A DNA stretch of 63,999 bases, counting the filler, from Limisphaerales bacterium (GTDB taxonomy: Bacteria > Verrucomicrobiota > Verrucomicrobiia > Limisphaerales > SIBE01): the NCBI GenBank assembly GCA_044225505.1. It is 4 parts of 4 records of this genome, joined end to end, with 100 filler letters (N's around TTAATTAATTAA, not from the genome) between each part and the next. Parts side by side here need not be neighbours in the genome. Positions count along the whole stretch, not along the records: positions 17,910 to 35,491 come from JBGAIN010000169.1; positions 35,592 to 52,986 come from JBGAIN010000170.1; 2 more parts are not named here. One strand, given 5' to 3'. Below, in pieces: positions 32,401 through 41,593 of this stretch. Made by a program: the position numbers and the translations under genes. The notes below the pieces were generated by a model that was given only the letters and a program-made list of their open reading frames with translations, was not told the DNA's origin and made no database searches. Positions within the stretch are counted from its first letter, which is position 1. The number at the start of each line of letters is the position of its first letter.

Positions 32401-35041
32401 GCGGCTCAAGAAAACCCTGCAGGCGCGCTACGACTTTGCTCAACACGCGGTCGCGCCAGGCTGGAGCAAGGTTCTCGGAGATTTAGCGCTACGCCATAAA
32501 TCTGAAGCAGAGTGGGAAGCGGTCCGGCAGAAAGCGTCTGCCGAGTGGCGCGTGGAAGACGTCGATGCATTTCGCTCCCAGGTGTTGACGTTGCAGAACG
32601 ATCAGAGCCTGTCGCATCCTTCAGTCCAGGCGTTGCTCAAGACGCTCGGTGAATCCGCTGAAGCGGGCGCGCTCATCGAGAATCTGGCTGGTATTAGCGA
32701 CCGCTTTTCAGCACTGGATTCCACCCTGAGCGCTGCGTTGTCGGGATACGAGCAGCTCGAGTTTCCAGAACTGTCTGAACTGCTAGCCAAGCTGCGCGAT
32801 CGAACCGGGACGCTGGCCGAATTGGCCCCCGTCCTGGCGGAAGTCGCTGAACTCCCCGATTCCTTTACGCACGCTCTGCGGCATGCACCCGTGCCCTTGA
32901 ACGAATTCGAAGAGGCGGTCGGCCGCAAGAGCATCCATTGTGTTTACCGGACGGATCGCGCGGCGAGTCGCATTGATGGGCGCACTCTACTCCGCAAGAT
33001 GGAGCTGTTAGAGAAGCGTTACCGTGAGTGGCTCAGCTTGAATGCGAGGTGCATCCGAATGTCGGTCCGGCAGAGATTTCTCGACCACGTGAACCTTTCG
33101 TCACTACCCGCCGCCCAATTGAATCAGGAGCAGAAGGCGTTCAAGAAATCCTATGCGGCAGGTCGGCGCGATCTCGAACACGAATTTGGGAAGTCGATGC
33201 GCTACCGATCCATTCGCGACCTCGCCGCGGACGACACCGGGCAGGTCATCCAGGATTTGAAACCTATCTGGCTCATGAGTCCCCTAAGCGTTTCGGACAC
33301 GCTGCCGCTGGATCCTGATCTGTTCGACGTGGTGATCTTTGACGAAGCTAGTCAGATTCCTGTGGAAGAAGCGATCCCGGCTATCTACCGCTCCCACCAG
33401 GCTATTGTCGTCGGCGACGAGATGCAATTGCCGCCCACCACGTTCTTCGCGAGCGCCCGCACGGAGGATGATAGCGTGATCCTGGGGGAGGAGGGAGAAC
33501 GCATCGAAGTGGATTTGGATTCTGACAGCTTCCTCACGCAGTCCGCGCAGAATCTGCCGTCCATGCTGCTAGCCTGGCATTATCGCAGCCGGTATGAATC
33601 GCTTATTAGTTTTTCCAATGCGGCATTCTACAGCGGCAATCTCTACACCATTCCTGACCGCCAGCGGGCCGTCGCTGATCGGCCAGAGCTGATCGTCACC
33701 GCCAGCGGACAGGGCAGCGCGAACGTAGGCGCCTTGCTGGCGCGCAGCATCAGCTTTCACTTCATGGAAAACGGCCTCTATGAGGATCGCCGCAATCCCA
33801 ATGAAGCCGCTTACATCGCGGAACTGGTGCGTGGCATCCTTCAACGCGATACGAAACTGAGCATTGGCTTAGTGGCTTTCTCCGAAGCCCAGCAAAGCGA
33901 ACTGGAAAACGCGTTGAGCCAGTTGGCGGATAAAGACGCCGCCTTCGCCGCGCAGTTGGAAACCGAGTATGTCCGCGAAGAGAACGACGTGTTCTGCGGC
34001 CTGTTCGTGAAGAATCTGGAGAACGTGCAGGGCGACGAGCGGGACATCATTATCATGAGCGTCTGTTATGGCCACGACGCCAATGGTCGGATGTTGATGA
34101 ACTTCGGTCCCATCAACCAGCGCGGCGGCGAGAAGCGGCTAAACGTCATCTTCTCCCGCGCCAAGCATCACATGGCGATTGTCAGTTCCATCCGCCATCA
34201 CGACATTACCAATGACTACAACGACGGCGCGAACAGCTTGAAGAATTTCCTGCACTACGCCGAAGCAGTATCGAAGGGCGATGATGCGGCCGCGCGCCGG
34301 GTGTTGGAGAATCTGAATCCGCTCAGCCGGAAAGCGCTCGCACCCTTGAGCAAAAGCGATGCGGTGGTGGAGCAACTGGCGCGGGCTCTTCGCGAACGCG
34401 GTCATGCCGTGGACCTGAATGTCGGCCAGTCGAAATTCCGCTGCGACCTCGCCGTGCGTGGCCGTGCCGACAGCCTTTATCAACTTGGCATTCTCGTGGA
34501 TACGGATGGGCATTACGCCAATCCGAATCTGCTGGATCGTTACTTGATGCAGCCGTCCATTCTGCGGGCTTTTGGGTGGCGTTGCGCTTTGGTGCTAACG
34601 AAAGACTGGTATCACAACCCGGATGATGTGCTGGCGAGAATCGAGAAACTCCTGCGAGGACAGGTATCGGATGAAGCAGCGACGCCAGACAGCGATGCCC
34701 TGGAGGATGCTCCAGTGCCAGTTGACTCCGAACCGCTCGCTCCGGTCGTTCAGCCGCCTGCGTCGCCCAGCACGCCGGCTTCCCCGCCTGTAGTCAAAGC
34801 CGCGCCGACCATCAACCCGGGGGCCAGTCCGGTTCGCCGATTCGAGTTTGTGAGCGGATCATCGAAGAAATTCTGGGAGATCTCGGTGTCCGGCAGTTCG
34901 TTCACGGTCCAGTTTGGCCGGATTGGGACCATGGGCCAGTCGCAGACCAAGACATTCGCTGATAAAGCGAAGGCCGAGCGCGAGGCGGAAAACTTGATCG
35001 CAGAGAAAGTGAAGAAGGGCTACGTCGAAGTCCAAAGATGA
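29492..35041 (+). CDS. Multidomain SF1 (DNA2/NAM7-like) helicase: kinase-like N-terminus, DUF4011-like, split helicase, PD-(D/E)xK-like nuclease, C-terminal WGR
   Basis: TDIFSLGLLL; RLFEISRRNRLIYF; QGPPGTGKSQT; FDEASQ; VGDEMQLPPT; ENVQGDERD; RLNVIFSRAK; FRCDLAV; KFWEI...FGRIGTMGQ...KVKKGY. Confidence 0.85.
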   Translation: MSELSQPPFLTFLEAGSAKGGFETDDVLSAVVPLMKQVLALHETGLVAPLDGVQDLVVTEEGQLSLLPAKVNSPEKNSSTVETIQSRVSSAVEVVAEVRRTADIAEGSLTVSDLGVAAAGSHVTKPVFLPNYRSWEHLVGHHDELTDIFSLGLLLASVACGLDFRDASELELFTANRANLFAISPRLNPVLASTIVAMTELNRHKRAQDLGQMISRLENYREQTVDFDTKVFTQKEFQESPITDKRRLIQSHLRDRLFEISRRNRLIYFKPTLQTLNLTIASVPVLLDYRNIKLESLFVWHQELAATVTEGAPMSLGKYLRFEDAPYIPGVLDKIISEARRDRAEYGFAQLRLVLCFLRWHNLKEEKHERIHSPLLLLPCELTKKKGVRDNYLLDPTTTEAEVNPALRHHLKELYNLSLPEIVDLKETSLDQFYERLKAQIQASEPGVTLSKIDRPQIELIHEKARQRVDQYRRRLTLQARKARIMTKPDYSYDRKNLKPLGLQIFLEKVRPTPMPLRDVAGAPPQPRLPHAVDSSAPADNGKVLEIERQMFAFRDGGNQNPYSWDFDLCSLTLGNFNYRKMTLVRDYAKLIETDMASGAFDRVFSLSPKPPEGTQVPALELGDQHLVISCDATQASAIAQARTGASYIIQGPPGTGKSQTITNLIADYVARGKRVLFVCEKRAAIDVVCSTACARKRWMSSVGLIHDSQTDKKAFIQNLKETYERFVSQADLDPDAERVRSTTLKAMEQDLAHLRHFSDTMRKVHAHSGVAVRSLLHRLVELRGRTDELAPEIEDLLPEYPLWLLHGDVVGRLQSALADLGDELCFAKHPFRWLGKAVLQADRPLEALSKRLDEAEDLLDTIESALELSGLPGELWDTFEEIQTILEFSVRVRPLAARNLVGVLTHGPAEAAFATLATELDKKAKALQKAHQKTAAWRDPLSPEDTESALAQAQSCEKSIFRFFQPAFWRLKKTLQARYDFAQHAVAPGWSKVLGDLALRHKSEAEWEAVRQKASAEWRVEDVDAFRSQVLTLQNDQSLSHPSVQALLKTLGESAEAGALIENLAGISDRFSALDSTLSAALSGYEQLEFPELSELLAKLRDRTGTLAELAPVLAEVAELPDSFTHALRHAPVPLNEFEEAVGRKSIHCVYRTDRAASRIDGRTLLRKMELLEKRYREWLSLNARCIRMSVRQRFLDHVNLSSLPAAQLNQEQKAFKKSYAAGRRDLEHEFGKSMRYRSIRDLAADDTGQVIQDLKPIWLMSPLSVSDTLPLDPDLFDVVIFDEASQIPVEEAIPAIYRSHQAIVVGDEMQLPPTTFFASARTEDDSVILGEEGERIEVDLDSDSFLTQSAQNLPSMLLAWHYRSRYESLISFSNAAFYSGNLYTIPDRQRAVADRPELIVTASGQGSANVGALLARSISFHFMENGLYEDRRNPNEAAYIAELVRGILQRDTKLSIGLVAFSEAQQSELENALSQLADKDAAFAAQLETEYVREENDVFCGLFVKNLENVQGDERDIIIMSVCYGHDANGRMLMNFGPINQRGGEKRLNVIFSRAKHHMAIVSSIRHHDITNDYNDGANSLKNFLHYAEAVSKGDDAAARRVLENLNPLSRKALAPLSKSDAVVEQLARALRERGHAVDLNVGQSKFRCDLAVRGRADSLYQLGILVDTDGHYANPNLLDRYLMQPSILRAFGWRCALVLTKDWYHNPDDVLARIEKLLRGQVSDEAATPDSDALEDAPVPVDSEPLAPVVQPPASPSTPASPPVVKAAPTINPGASPVRRFEFVSGSSKKFWEISVSGSSFTVQFGRIGTMGQSQTKTFADKAKAEREAENLIAEKVKKGYVEVQR

Positions 35042-35240
35042 GCAAGCCGCGTCCCGACGAACGCAAATTAAACGAGGCCTGCCTGGTCTTTATCCATCCT
35101 GCTCACGAGAAATCACCCGTTGATCGCGAAAGACAGGTCCGCCGAGCCTTCATCTCCAGGCATTTAACGGACCTTTACCAACTCCCGCTCGTCCCTTTAC
35201 GTGACTGAACGGTGCGTAAACTGCGACGCGCCAAGCGGCC

Positions 35241-35293
35241 TTTGGGAACGGTCCGTTCCCAAATTTCTGGGTCGTCGGTGACAAAATGTCACC
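35241..35293. repeat. Palindrome pair shared with 63132-63180
   Basis: TTTGGGAACGGTCCGTTCCCAAA (35241-35263) then GGTGACAAAATGTCACC (35277-35293). Confidence 0.85.
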
Positions 35294-35375
35294 AGACTGC
35301 GCTCCCCACCCCTCCGCGGCTTATACTCCAAACGGTTGCGCATGGAAGGATTTGGTTACGCGCTTCTGCCGTCGC

Positions 35376-35418
35376 TGACCCACTGGTAACCCACTGACAG
35401 TGGGTTACCAGTGGGTCA
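35376..35418. repeat. Perfect 21-bp inverted repeat built from 11-bp-period units
   Basis: TGACCCACTGGTAACCCACTG-A-CAGTGGGTTACCAGTGGGTCA. Confidence 0.9.
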
Positions 35419-35491
35419 CCAGCGAATCAACAGCGGATGCAGAGCGGACGGGTAGCGGTGCTGAAAGCAACCCCGAACGATGCCGCAATAA

Positions 35492-35591
35492 NNNNNNNNN
35501 NNNNNNNNNNNNNNNNNNNNNNNNNNNNNNNNNNNTTAATTAATTAANNNNNNNNNNNNNNNNNNNNNNNNNNNNNNNNNNNNNNNNNNNN
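35492..35591. other. Artificial contig linker
   Basis: N-run + TTAATTAATTAA + N-run. Confidence 0.98.
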
Positions 35592-35763
35592 CGTTTTCGC
35601 TTGAGATCGCTCCAAAATGGGCTTCACCCCGGCCCCAAGTCCCGATCAATGCGATGTTCAACTTGCTTCCAGGCGCATTCGCTCCAAACAGCGAAGTGTT
35701 CGGTAGGATCAGCGTGGCGCCCGCGGTCCATGCTGCGGACTTGAGGAATTGACGTCGTTTCAT
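35592..35763 (-). CDS. 5' end of a Tat-exported Gfo/Idh/MocA oxidoreductase (cut by the contig edge)
   Basis: MKRRQFLK Tat motif, then KLNIALIGTWGRG Rossmann start. Confidence 0.75.
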
Positions 35764-36193
35764 AGACGGAATTGAATCAGACAAGGTCTTAGATAAGAAG
35801 AGTTCAAGCGCCAACCGCGGCGCATGCGATCTACCGAGACCGCATCTCGAAGGCTAGCGCTGCTCTTCCTGTCGTCAAGACATCGTTCTGGCAACGGCAC
35901 TTCCAGGCAGAGGCGCTTTGCACCACGGGCTCCGCGAAAAGCCCTAGCGATGGAAACCTCGTTCGAAAGGCTTTCGCTCAAGCCGCTTTCTTCTCAATGC
36001 ATCACCGATCGATCCGATGCGAATTGCGGCATGGCACTCGGCTGGATTCTTTTAGGCCACGATAAGTTTTACGGATTCTTGCGCCTCGGCAGATGCTGCA
36101 GTTTACTTGACAACACGGCATTCCTGTGAGAAAAAATCATCGCCAAATGGCTTCCCTCCGTCCTCACGGGCGGAGACTCCTGCGAAGCCGAGT

Positions 36194-36223
36194 AGGGGGC
36201 CTGGAGGCCCCCTTCCGTTTTTT
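36194..36223 (+). terminator. Intrinsic terminator-like hairpin, + orientation
   Basis: AGGGGGCC-TGGA-GGCCCCCT followed by TCCGTTTTTT. Confidence 0.6.
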
Positions 36224-36270
36224 ATGAGGGATCTGCAGTCGCCGGCTGCGTGGAGTCCTGTCCCTCGGTT

Positions 36271-38607
36271 TTATGCGGAAGGCCCTTTCGGCAGAATCAA
36301 CTTGGCTTCGGAAACAAGATCCGCGAGGCGCTGAATCGCTTTGGCCGCCACTTCGATTTGCTCATTCACCGCCTCCCATTGGCGTTGCTCGATGGCTTCC
36401 CGGATGCCTGGCAGAGTTTTGACGCCGTACCCCGTATAGTATCCAGGGGCATAAACTAAATGTTTATACCAAGGGCGCCTGGGCAACCCGTCCGCGCTGG
36501 TCAAGGTCCGCTCCGCTCGCCGAAAAATGCTGTCGAGTTGTTGTCCCTGTTCCTTCGACAATCCTGACCCCTGCACCCTGGCGCGGCGAAACTGTTCCTG
36601 AAAGCTGTTTACTTCTGTCTGAAGCTTGTCCAAGGCATTGCGCAACGGAGCGAAGCTGAAATGGGGTACAGGCGGTTTTTCTGGCGGAATTGACGTTTTG
36701 ATCGCGCTGTCCGCTGCGAACTTGAGGGTCTTATCTCGGATGAGCTTGTTGTTTTGGGCAGTTTCCTCACGAAGATCGTCCGCGAGCTTGATGACCTCGT
36801 TGAGATAACGCGTCACCGTCTCGCTGAGATCCTGGAAATCAAACGGCAGCACGTCGGCATTCGCCAGGCGCAGGACAGCTCGGCCGGAGGTTTGTGCCAG
36901 CGCAATCCCATAGGAGAAGTCTGGATCTCCAAAACGGGTATAATAGTCAAACGAGTCGTAAATCGAATGGTACGATCCGCCGTCTCCTTCGCCGCCGTAG
37001 CGTATGTCCAAGCATGCGATCCCAAGGTGTTGCAGAAACGGGCTGTAATCCGACCCCGATCCCAGGGCACGGATCTTTAGAGCTTCGTCGCGAAGGGCTC
37101 GGCGTGCTTCGGGCGCAGCGGCCGCCAAGGCTTGGGCGCGAGCTCGGTCCGCCACGCTAATCCCGTGTTGGGGATCCATGACATCTCGAGCAATCTCTCC
37201 GACGAACGCTTCCAAGCTATGCGACCCGCCCACTCGCAGAAAACCGCGCTGATTGTCATCCCCATTAATGTAAGCCACGGCGTGCTCGCGGAGTTCATCC
37301 GCGTGAGTCTCGACCCATTCGGTCGAACCGAGCAATCCGGGTTCTTCCGCGTCCCATGCCGCGAAGATCAAGGTGCGTTTCGGCTTCCAACCGGCGCGAG
37401 CCAGGTCTCCAATCACGCGGGCTTCTTCCAGCAGCGCGACCAAACCGCTCACCGGATCGTCTGCACCGCAGACCCAGGCGTCATGGTGATTGCCGCGGAT
37501 AATCCACTGTTCTGGCCTTTCAGCCCCTGGCAGCCGAGCGATCACGTCCCGGGCGGTGACGGTTCGCCAATCAAACTCAACTTTTAAGTGGACCACCGCT
37601 GGGCCTGGCCCCATGTGGTAAGTCAATGGCAACGCTCCTCGCCACGATTCTGGGCAGGTTGGCCCTCCCAGAGCGCGGAGGAGTGGCAGGGCATCCCCAT
37701 AGGAAATAGGAAGGACCGGAATCTGCGTCAACGTGGTCACCTCGTTCAAAGGCAAGCGCTTGGCATCCTTCGTCGCGCCGATTCCCGGGGTCGCCGGGTC
37801 GCCAGGGCTGACCGGCAAGTCCGCGACTGACCCGCGCTCCACGCCATGCTCGTTTCTCCAAGCGCCTTTGGGATAAACGTCTCCTTCGTGATAGCCATCT
37901 TCCCGCGGGTCGGAGTAGATAATGCAGCCGATGGCTCCATGCTCAGCGGCCAGTTTCGGTTTGATCCCGCGCCAGGAACCCCCATACCGCGCAATAACGA
38001 TCTTTCCGCGCACGTCGATTCCGCGTTCCGACAGAATCTCGTAATCTCGCGGCAGCCCATAATTTACGTAGACCAATGCGCCGGTCACATCGCCGTCGAT
38101 CGAATAGGCATTGTAGCTCGGCAACTGTTCGTTGGTCAGTGCTGACGTGGCGTCTTCCGCCAACGGCGGTTCGACCAATCCAGCCGTGAACTTCTCGGGC
38201 GAAATCATTTCCAGAATTCGAACTTTTGGCGTCGGGAACAAAACTTCAAATTCCTCGATCTCCGTCTGGAAACCCCAAGTCTTGAATTGATCTGCAATGA
38301 ACTCCGCCACCTCTTTCCCGAACGGAGATCCAACATGGTGCGGATGTGCGGTAATTCGCTTCATCCAGGTTCGCAAGTTTTCCCGTTGAAGCAGTGCGTC
38401 GAAGCGCTTTTCCAACGCGAACTGGGCCGCCGCCGCGTCCGGACTGAAACCCTTCAGCGGTTTCTGGGGTGTGGGGGTGGATTGCGCGCTTAAATTCTGG
38501 ACGAAAAGGGGTGAGGAAATTGTGACCGCCAGCAAGTGGCCGAGGATCATTGCCGTCCAGCGGTGTCGTGTGCGGTTCATCGTCGTGGCGAGTTCATCGT
38601 TTGACAT
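36271..38607 (-). CDS. M28 glutamate carboxypeptidase II-like peptidase (PA + TfR dimerisation domains)
   Basis: YVNYG, GNHHDAW, GADDPVSG, WDAEEPGLLGSTEW, GSGSDY, YHSIYD, RPWYKHLVYAPG. Confidence 0.92.
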   Translation of the reverse strand: MSNDELATTMNRTRHRWTAMILGHLLAVTISSPLFVQNLSAQSTPTPQKPLKGFSPDAAAAQFALEKRFDALLQRENLRTWMKRITAHPHHVGSPFGKEVAEFIADQFKTWGFQTEIEEFEVLFPTPKVRILEMISPEKFTAGLVEPPLAEDATSALTNEQLPSYNAYSIDGDVTGALVYVNYGLPRDYEILSERGIDVRGKIVIARYGGSWRGIKPKLAAEHGAIGCIIYSDPREDGYHEGDVYPKGAWRNEHGVERGSVADLPVSPGDPATPGIGATKDAKRLPLNEVTTLTQIPVLPISYGDALPLLRALGGPTCPESWRGALPLTYHMGPGPAVVHLKVEFDWRTVTARDVIARLPGAERPEQWIIRGNHHDAWVCGADDPVSGLVALLEEARVIGDLARAGWKPKRTLIFAAWDAEEPGLLGSTEWVETHADELREHAVAYINGDDNQRGFLRVGGSHSLEAFVGEIARDVMDPQHGISVADRARAQALAAAAPEARRALRDEALKIRALGSGSDYSPFLQHLGIACLDIRYGGEGDGGSYHSIYDSFDYYTRFGDPDFSYGIALAQTSGRAVLRLANADVLPFDFQDLSETVTRYLNEVIKLADDLREETAQNNKLIRDKTLKFAADSAIKTSIPPEKPPVPHFSFAPLRNALDKLQTEVNSFQEQFRRARVQGSGLSKEQGQQLDSIFRRAERTLTSADGLPRRPWYKHLVYAPGYYTGYGVKTLPGIREAIEQRQWEAVNEQIEVAAKAIQRLADLVSEAKLILPKGPSA

Positions 38608-38690
38608 TCAGTTCGTCGCGGTTCTTAGATCCTGGCTGCAGCGCAGGATCGATCACATCGGCGCACGGTGGTTCCTTGGCTGGTTCCGCG

Positions 38691-39149
38691 TTATCGCCCT
38701 TGAGTGCCCTCGAGCCGTTCCATGAGCCACGCGGGCGGGCGGATAGGCTTCCCGGTTCCATCCGTAAACACGTGCACGGTATAACCCCGCACAACGGGCT
38801 TGCGGCTTTGGGCATGACAGACCTCCACCGAGCACCGCAATCGGATACGCCGTTCAAACGTGAGCACCGTCGTCATTTCCAAAAGGTCGTCGTAACGCGC
38901 GCGGCCTAAGTACTCGAGGTGCGATTCGATCAAGGGCAGAAACACCCCTTTCGCTTCCAGTTCAGCGTAAGGCACTCCAAAGCTCCGCAACATTTCGGTG
39001 CGTCCGCATTCGAACCAATCGAGCGGGCGGGAGTTGTAGACCGTGCCCATCTGATCGGTTTCGCCATAACGAACCCGCAAAGAAATGGTGTGAGCGACGG
39101 GACGCCATTCCTTGGAGCGCGCGCGGTCTTGATTGTCCAGGTCAGCCAT
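38691..39149 (-). CDS. Acyl-CoA thioesterase (YbgC/4HBT family)
   Basis: RVRYGETDQMGTVYN...WFECGRTE. Confidence 0.88.
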   Translation of the reverse strand: MADLDNQDRARSKEWRPVAHTISLRVRYGETDQMGTVYNSRPLDWFECGRTEMLRSFGVPYAELEAKGVFLPLIESHLEYLGRARYDDLLEMTTVLTFERRIRLRCSVEVCHAQSRKPVVRGYTVHVFTDGTGKPIRPPAWLMERLEGTQGR

Positions 39150-39286
39150 AAGCCTGGGCTCAGCATGTCTTGGATATCGTCTCTCCGCAACTGCGGGTTA
39201 CAGCTCGGCTGAGCGAAGGCGCTGCGGCCAGTCAGCATACTCGTGCGGCGTTGCACTACGGGTGACACCCTGTTTCACTGAAGACA

Positions 39287-39787
39287 ATGAGTTTGCCCTA
39301 CAAAATCTCCACGTTGCTCTACTGTTTTGACCAACACGAGCAAGTGTTGCTTATGGAACGCCACCAGGAGCCGAATCTCGGCTGCTGGAGCCCCTGCGGC
39401 GGAAAGCTGGATACGCACCTTGGGGAATCGCCCTATGCCTGCGCGTGCCGTGAAGCCAAAGAAGAAATAGGGCTGATGATCCAACCTCAGGACTGTCACC
39501 TTGCCGGCATCGTCAGCGAACATGGCTATCTTGGCCAAGCCCATTGGTTAATGTTCCTCTTTGAGATCCGACCTCGGCTGGACTCACTGCCACCACCGCA
39601 TCGCGAAGGGCGATTCGCTTTTTTTAATGCGTCTCAATTGCCTGGATTACGTGTTCCCCAGACGGATGCCGAAATGATCTGGCCGCTTTTCTGGAAGCAT
39701 CGGGGCGGCTTCTTTGCCGCGCATTGTCACACCTTTGCGGATGGCCAGAGTGAATGGACGGTGGAACAATCTTCGCCCGTCCTGTAA
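39287..39787 (+). CDS. NUDIX hydrolase
   Basis: Nudix box GGKLD...GESPYACACREAKEEIGL. Confidence 0.88.
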   Translation: MSLPYKISTLLYCFDQHEQVLLMERHQEPNLGCWSPCGGKLDTHLGESPYACACREAKEEIGLMIQPQDCHLAGIVSEHGYLGQAHWLMFLFEIRPRLDSLPPPHREGRFAFFNASQLPGLRVPQTDAEMIWPLFWKHRGGFFAAHCHTFADGQSEWTVEQSSPVL

Positions 39788-39912
39788 AACATTCGCGCCG
39801 GACGTATGGTCCAAGAGTCTGGGGACCCGCGCCACCGCTCCAGGACGGTTTTTGGAACGTAACCTCGCAATTGTGTTTCAGTTCAGCCGAGCTTCGTCCC
39901 ATACTGATCGCT

Positions 39913-40542
39913 ATGGTTGACTCGAACCCATTGGCCTTACCCGACCGAGTCCAAGCTGCGTGGCGACGTTTCGACGAGGAAAATGCTCGCGACCCGAATT
40001 CTCAGCTCGTGGCGGGGCAGCGAGTGCCCAAAGAGCTGGCTTACGCCCGTTGGTTGACCGATTGGGTGATCCAGCTCTGTCCGACCGCTTCCGAGGAACT
40101 TCTCTTGGCAGCCCGATGCCAGCATCTCTGCCGCTGGAGTATTCCGCGCGAGTCGTTTCCACAGACTCGCCCTGGTTATTTACGGTGGCGCGAGGAACTC
40201 AAGAAATTCCACGCCGCGAAAGCGGGTGAAATTCTGCGCGCGCTGGGCTTTGCGGAGGCGGAAATCGGCCGGGTCCAGGCATTCAACTTAAAGAAGGACT
40301 TTCCGCATGATCCCGAGGGCCGAGTGTTGGAAGACGCTCTTTGCCTGGTGTTTCTACAACATCAGTTTAGCGATCTTGCTAACAAAAAGCCGTGGGAGAA
40401 GATGATCGAGATCGTGCGCAAAACCTGGGGCAAAATGACACCCGCGGGCCAACAACGGGCCCTCGAGCTAAAGTTCACGGCCGAAGAGAAGGCGTTGCTC
40501 GAGAGGGCTTTAGCTCCGAATGAGGGCCATCCCTCCCCGTGA
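39913..40542 (+). CDS. DUF4202 family protein
   Basis: FDEENARDP, LAARCQHLCRW, GYLRWR, LEDALCLVFL, KTWGKM; start set at MVDSNP. Confidence 0.85.
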   Translation: MVDSNPLALPDRVQAAWRRFDEENARDPNSQLVAGQRVPKELAYARWLTDWVIQLCPTASEELLLAARCQHLCRWSIPRESFPQTRPGYLRWREELKKFHAAKAGEILRALGFAEAEIGRVQAFNLKKDFPHDPEGRVLEDALCLVFLQHQFSDLANKKPWEKMIEIVRKTWGKMTPAGQQRALELKFTAEEKALLERALAPNEGHPSP

Positions 40543-40697
40543 TGACATCGCAATTCGCTGGCAGCCTGTTGAAAAATCAGCACCCAGGCTGGTTCTTCAA
40601 CAGGCTCCTGGAGATGGCAGTCGTGCGCACTGCCCGGTTTGGAACGTCAAATATCCTGTTAAGTCTCGGCGAAATTCGCTAGTCTCTCGTCGTCGCG

Positions 40698-41456
40698 ATG
40701 ACGTGCCCAAGCGCTGACGAGAATTTGCCCAAGGCCTCCTCCGGTCTGAGGCCGGATTTTCCTACCACGCACTGGACTTTGGTGACACGAGTCCGTCAGG
40801 GCGGTGAGATACGCCGAGCGGCGTTGCAGGACCTATGCGGCCTTTACTGGTACCCAATCTACGCTTTCCTGCGGCGGCGTGGCTACTCGCAGCATGACGC
40901 CGAGGATTGCACCCAAGGCTTCTTTGTTAAGCTTCTCAACGACAACAGTCTTTCGGCCGCAGAGGAGAGCAAGGGGCGCTTGCGGACTTACCTGCTGCAA
41001 CACCTTAAGCGACACCTCGCCGATCAAAAGCGTTTCGATGGCGCACTCAAGCGTGGGGCTGGTCTGAAGGCAATTTCGTTCGAGGAAATGGGCGCCGAGG
41101 AGCGCTACGCTTGCGAGCCGCTGGAATTGCGTGATCCTGAACGGCTCTTCAGCAAGGCGTGGGCCAACGAATTGATTGCTGGTGTGCGTGAAAAATTGCG
41201 GGCCGATTTCGCAGACCCGAAGCGGCCGCACGCCTTTGAGATCCTGCTTCCCTTCTTGTTGCTCGATAACGACCCGCCGACCTATCGAGAAGTGGCTAAC
41301 AAGTTGCGCGCCACAGAAATCTCGGTGCGGCTGATGGTGCATCGCCTGCGCGCGAAATTCCGTGACCTGTTGCGGGATGAAGTGACCCGCACGATCGAAT
41401 CCCCCGGCGAAGTTGACGCCGAGATCGACTGGCTGAAGTCTGTCCTGTGCCAGTAG
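40698..41456 (+). CDS. ECF sigma-70 factor of the FPTTHW type (usually Ser/Thr-kinase-associated in PVC bacteria)
   Basis: FPTTHWTLV, YWYPIYAFLRRRG, DAEDCTQGFF, region 4 YREVA...VHRLR. Confidence 0.88.
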   Translation: MTCPSADENLPKASSGLRPDFPTTHWTLVTRVRQGGEIRRAALQDLCGLYWYPIYAFLRRRGYSQHDAEDCTQGFFVKLLNDNSLSAAEESKGRLRTYLLQHLKRHLADQKRFDGALKRGAGLKAISFEEMGAEERYACEPLELRDPERLFSKAWANELIAGVREKLRADFADPKRPHAFEILLPFLLLDNDPPTYREVANKLRATEISVRLMVHRLRAKFRDLLRDEVTRTIESPGEVDAEIDWLKSVLCQ

Positions 41457-41593
41457 TGAGGTCTTTGGCGCTCGCTCGTCGCAGCAATCCAGCATTGTTT
41501 TGAGGTGAACTTCCGACGCCGGGTTGCGCCGCTTCAAATTATTATCACTTTTTCTGAAACATTCGTTCCCGCTTTCCGAAAGGACGACGAGGA

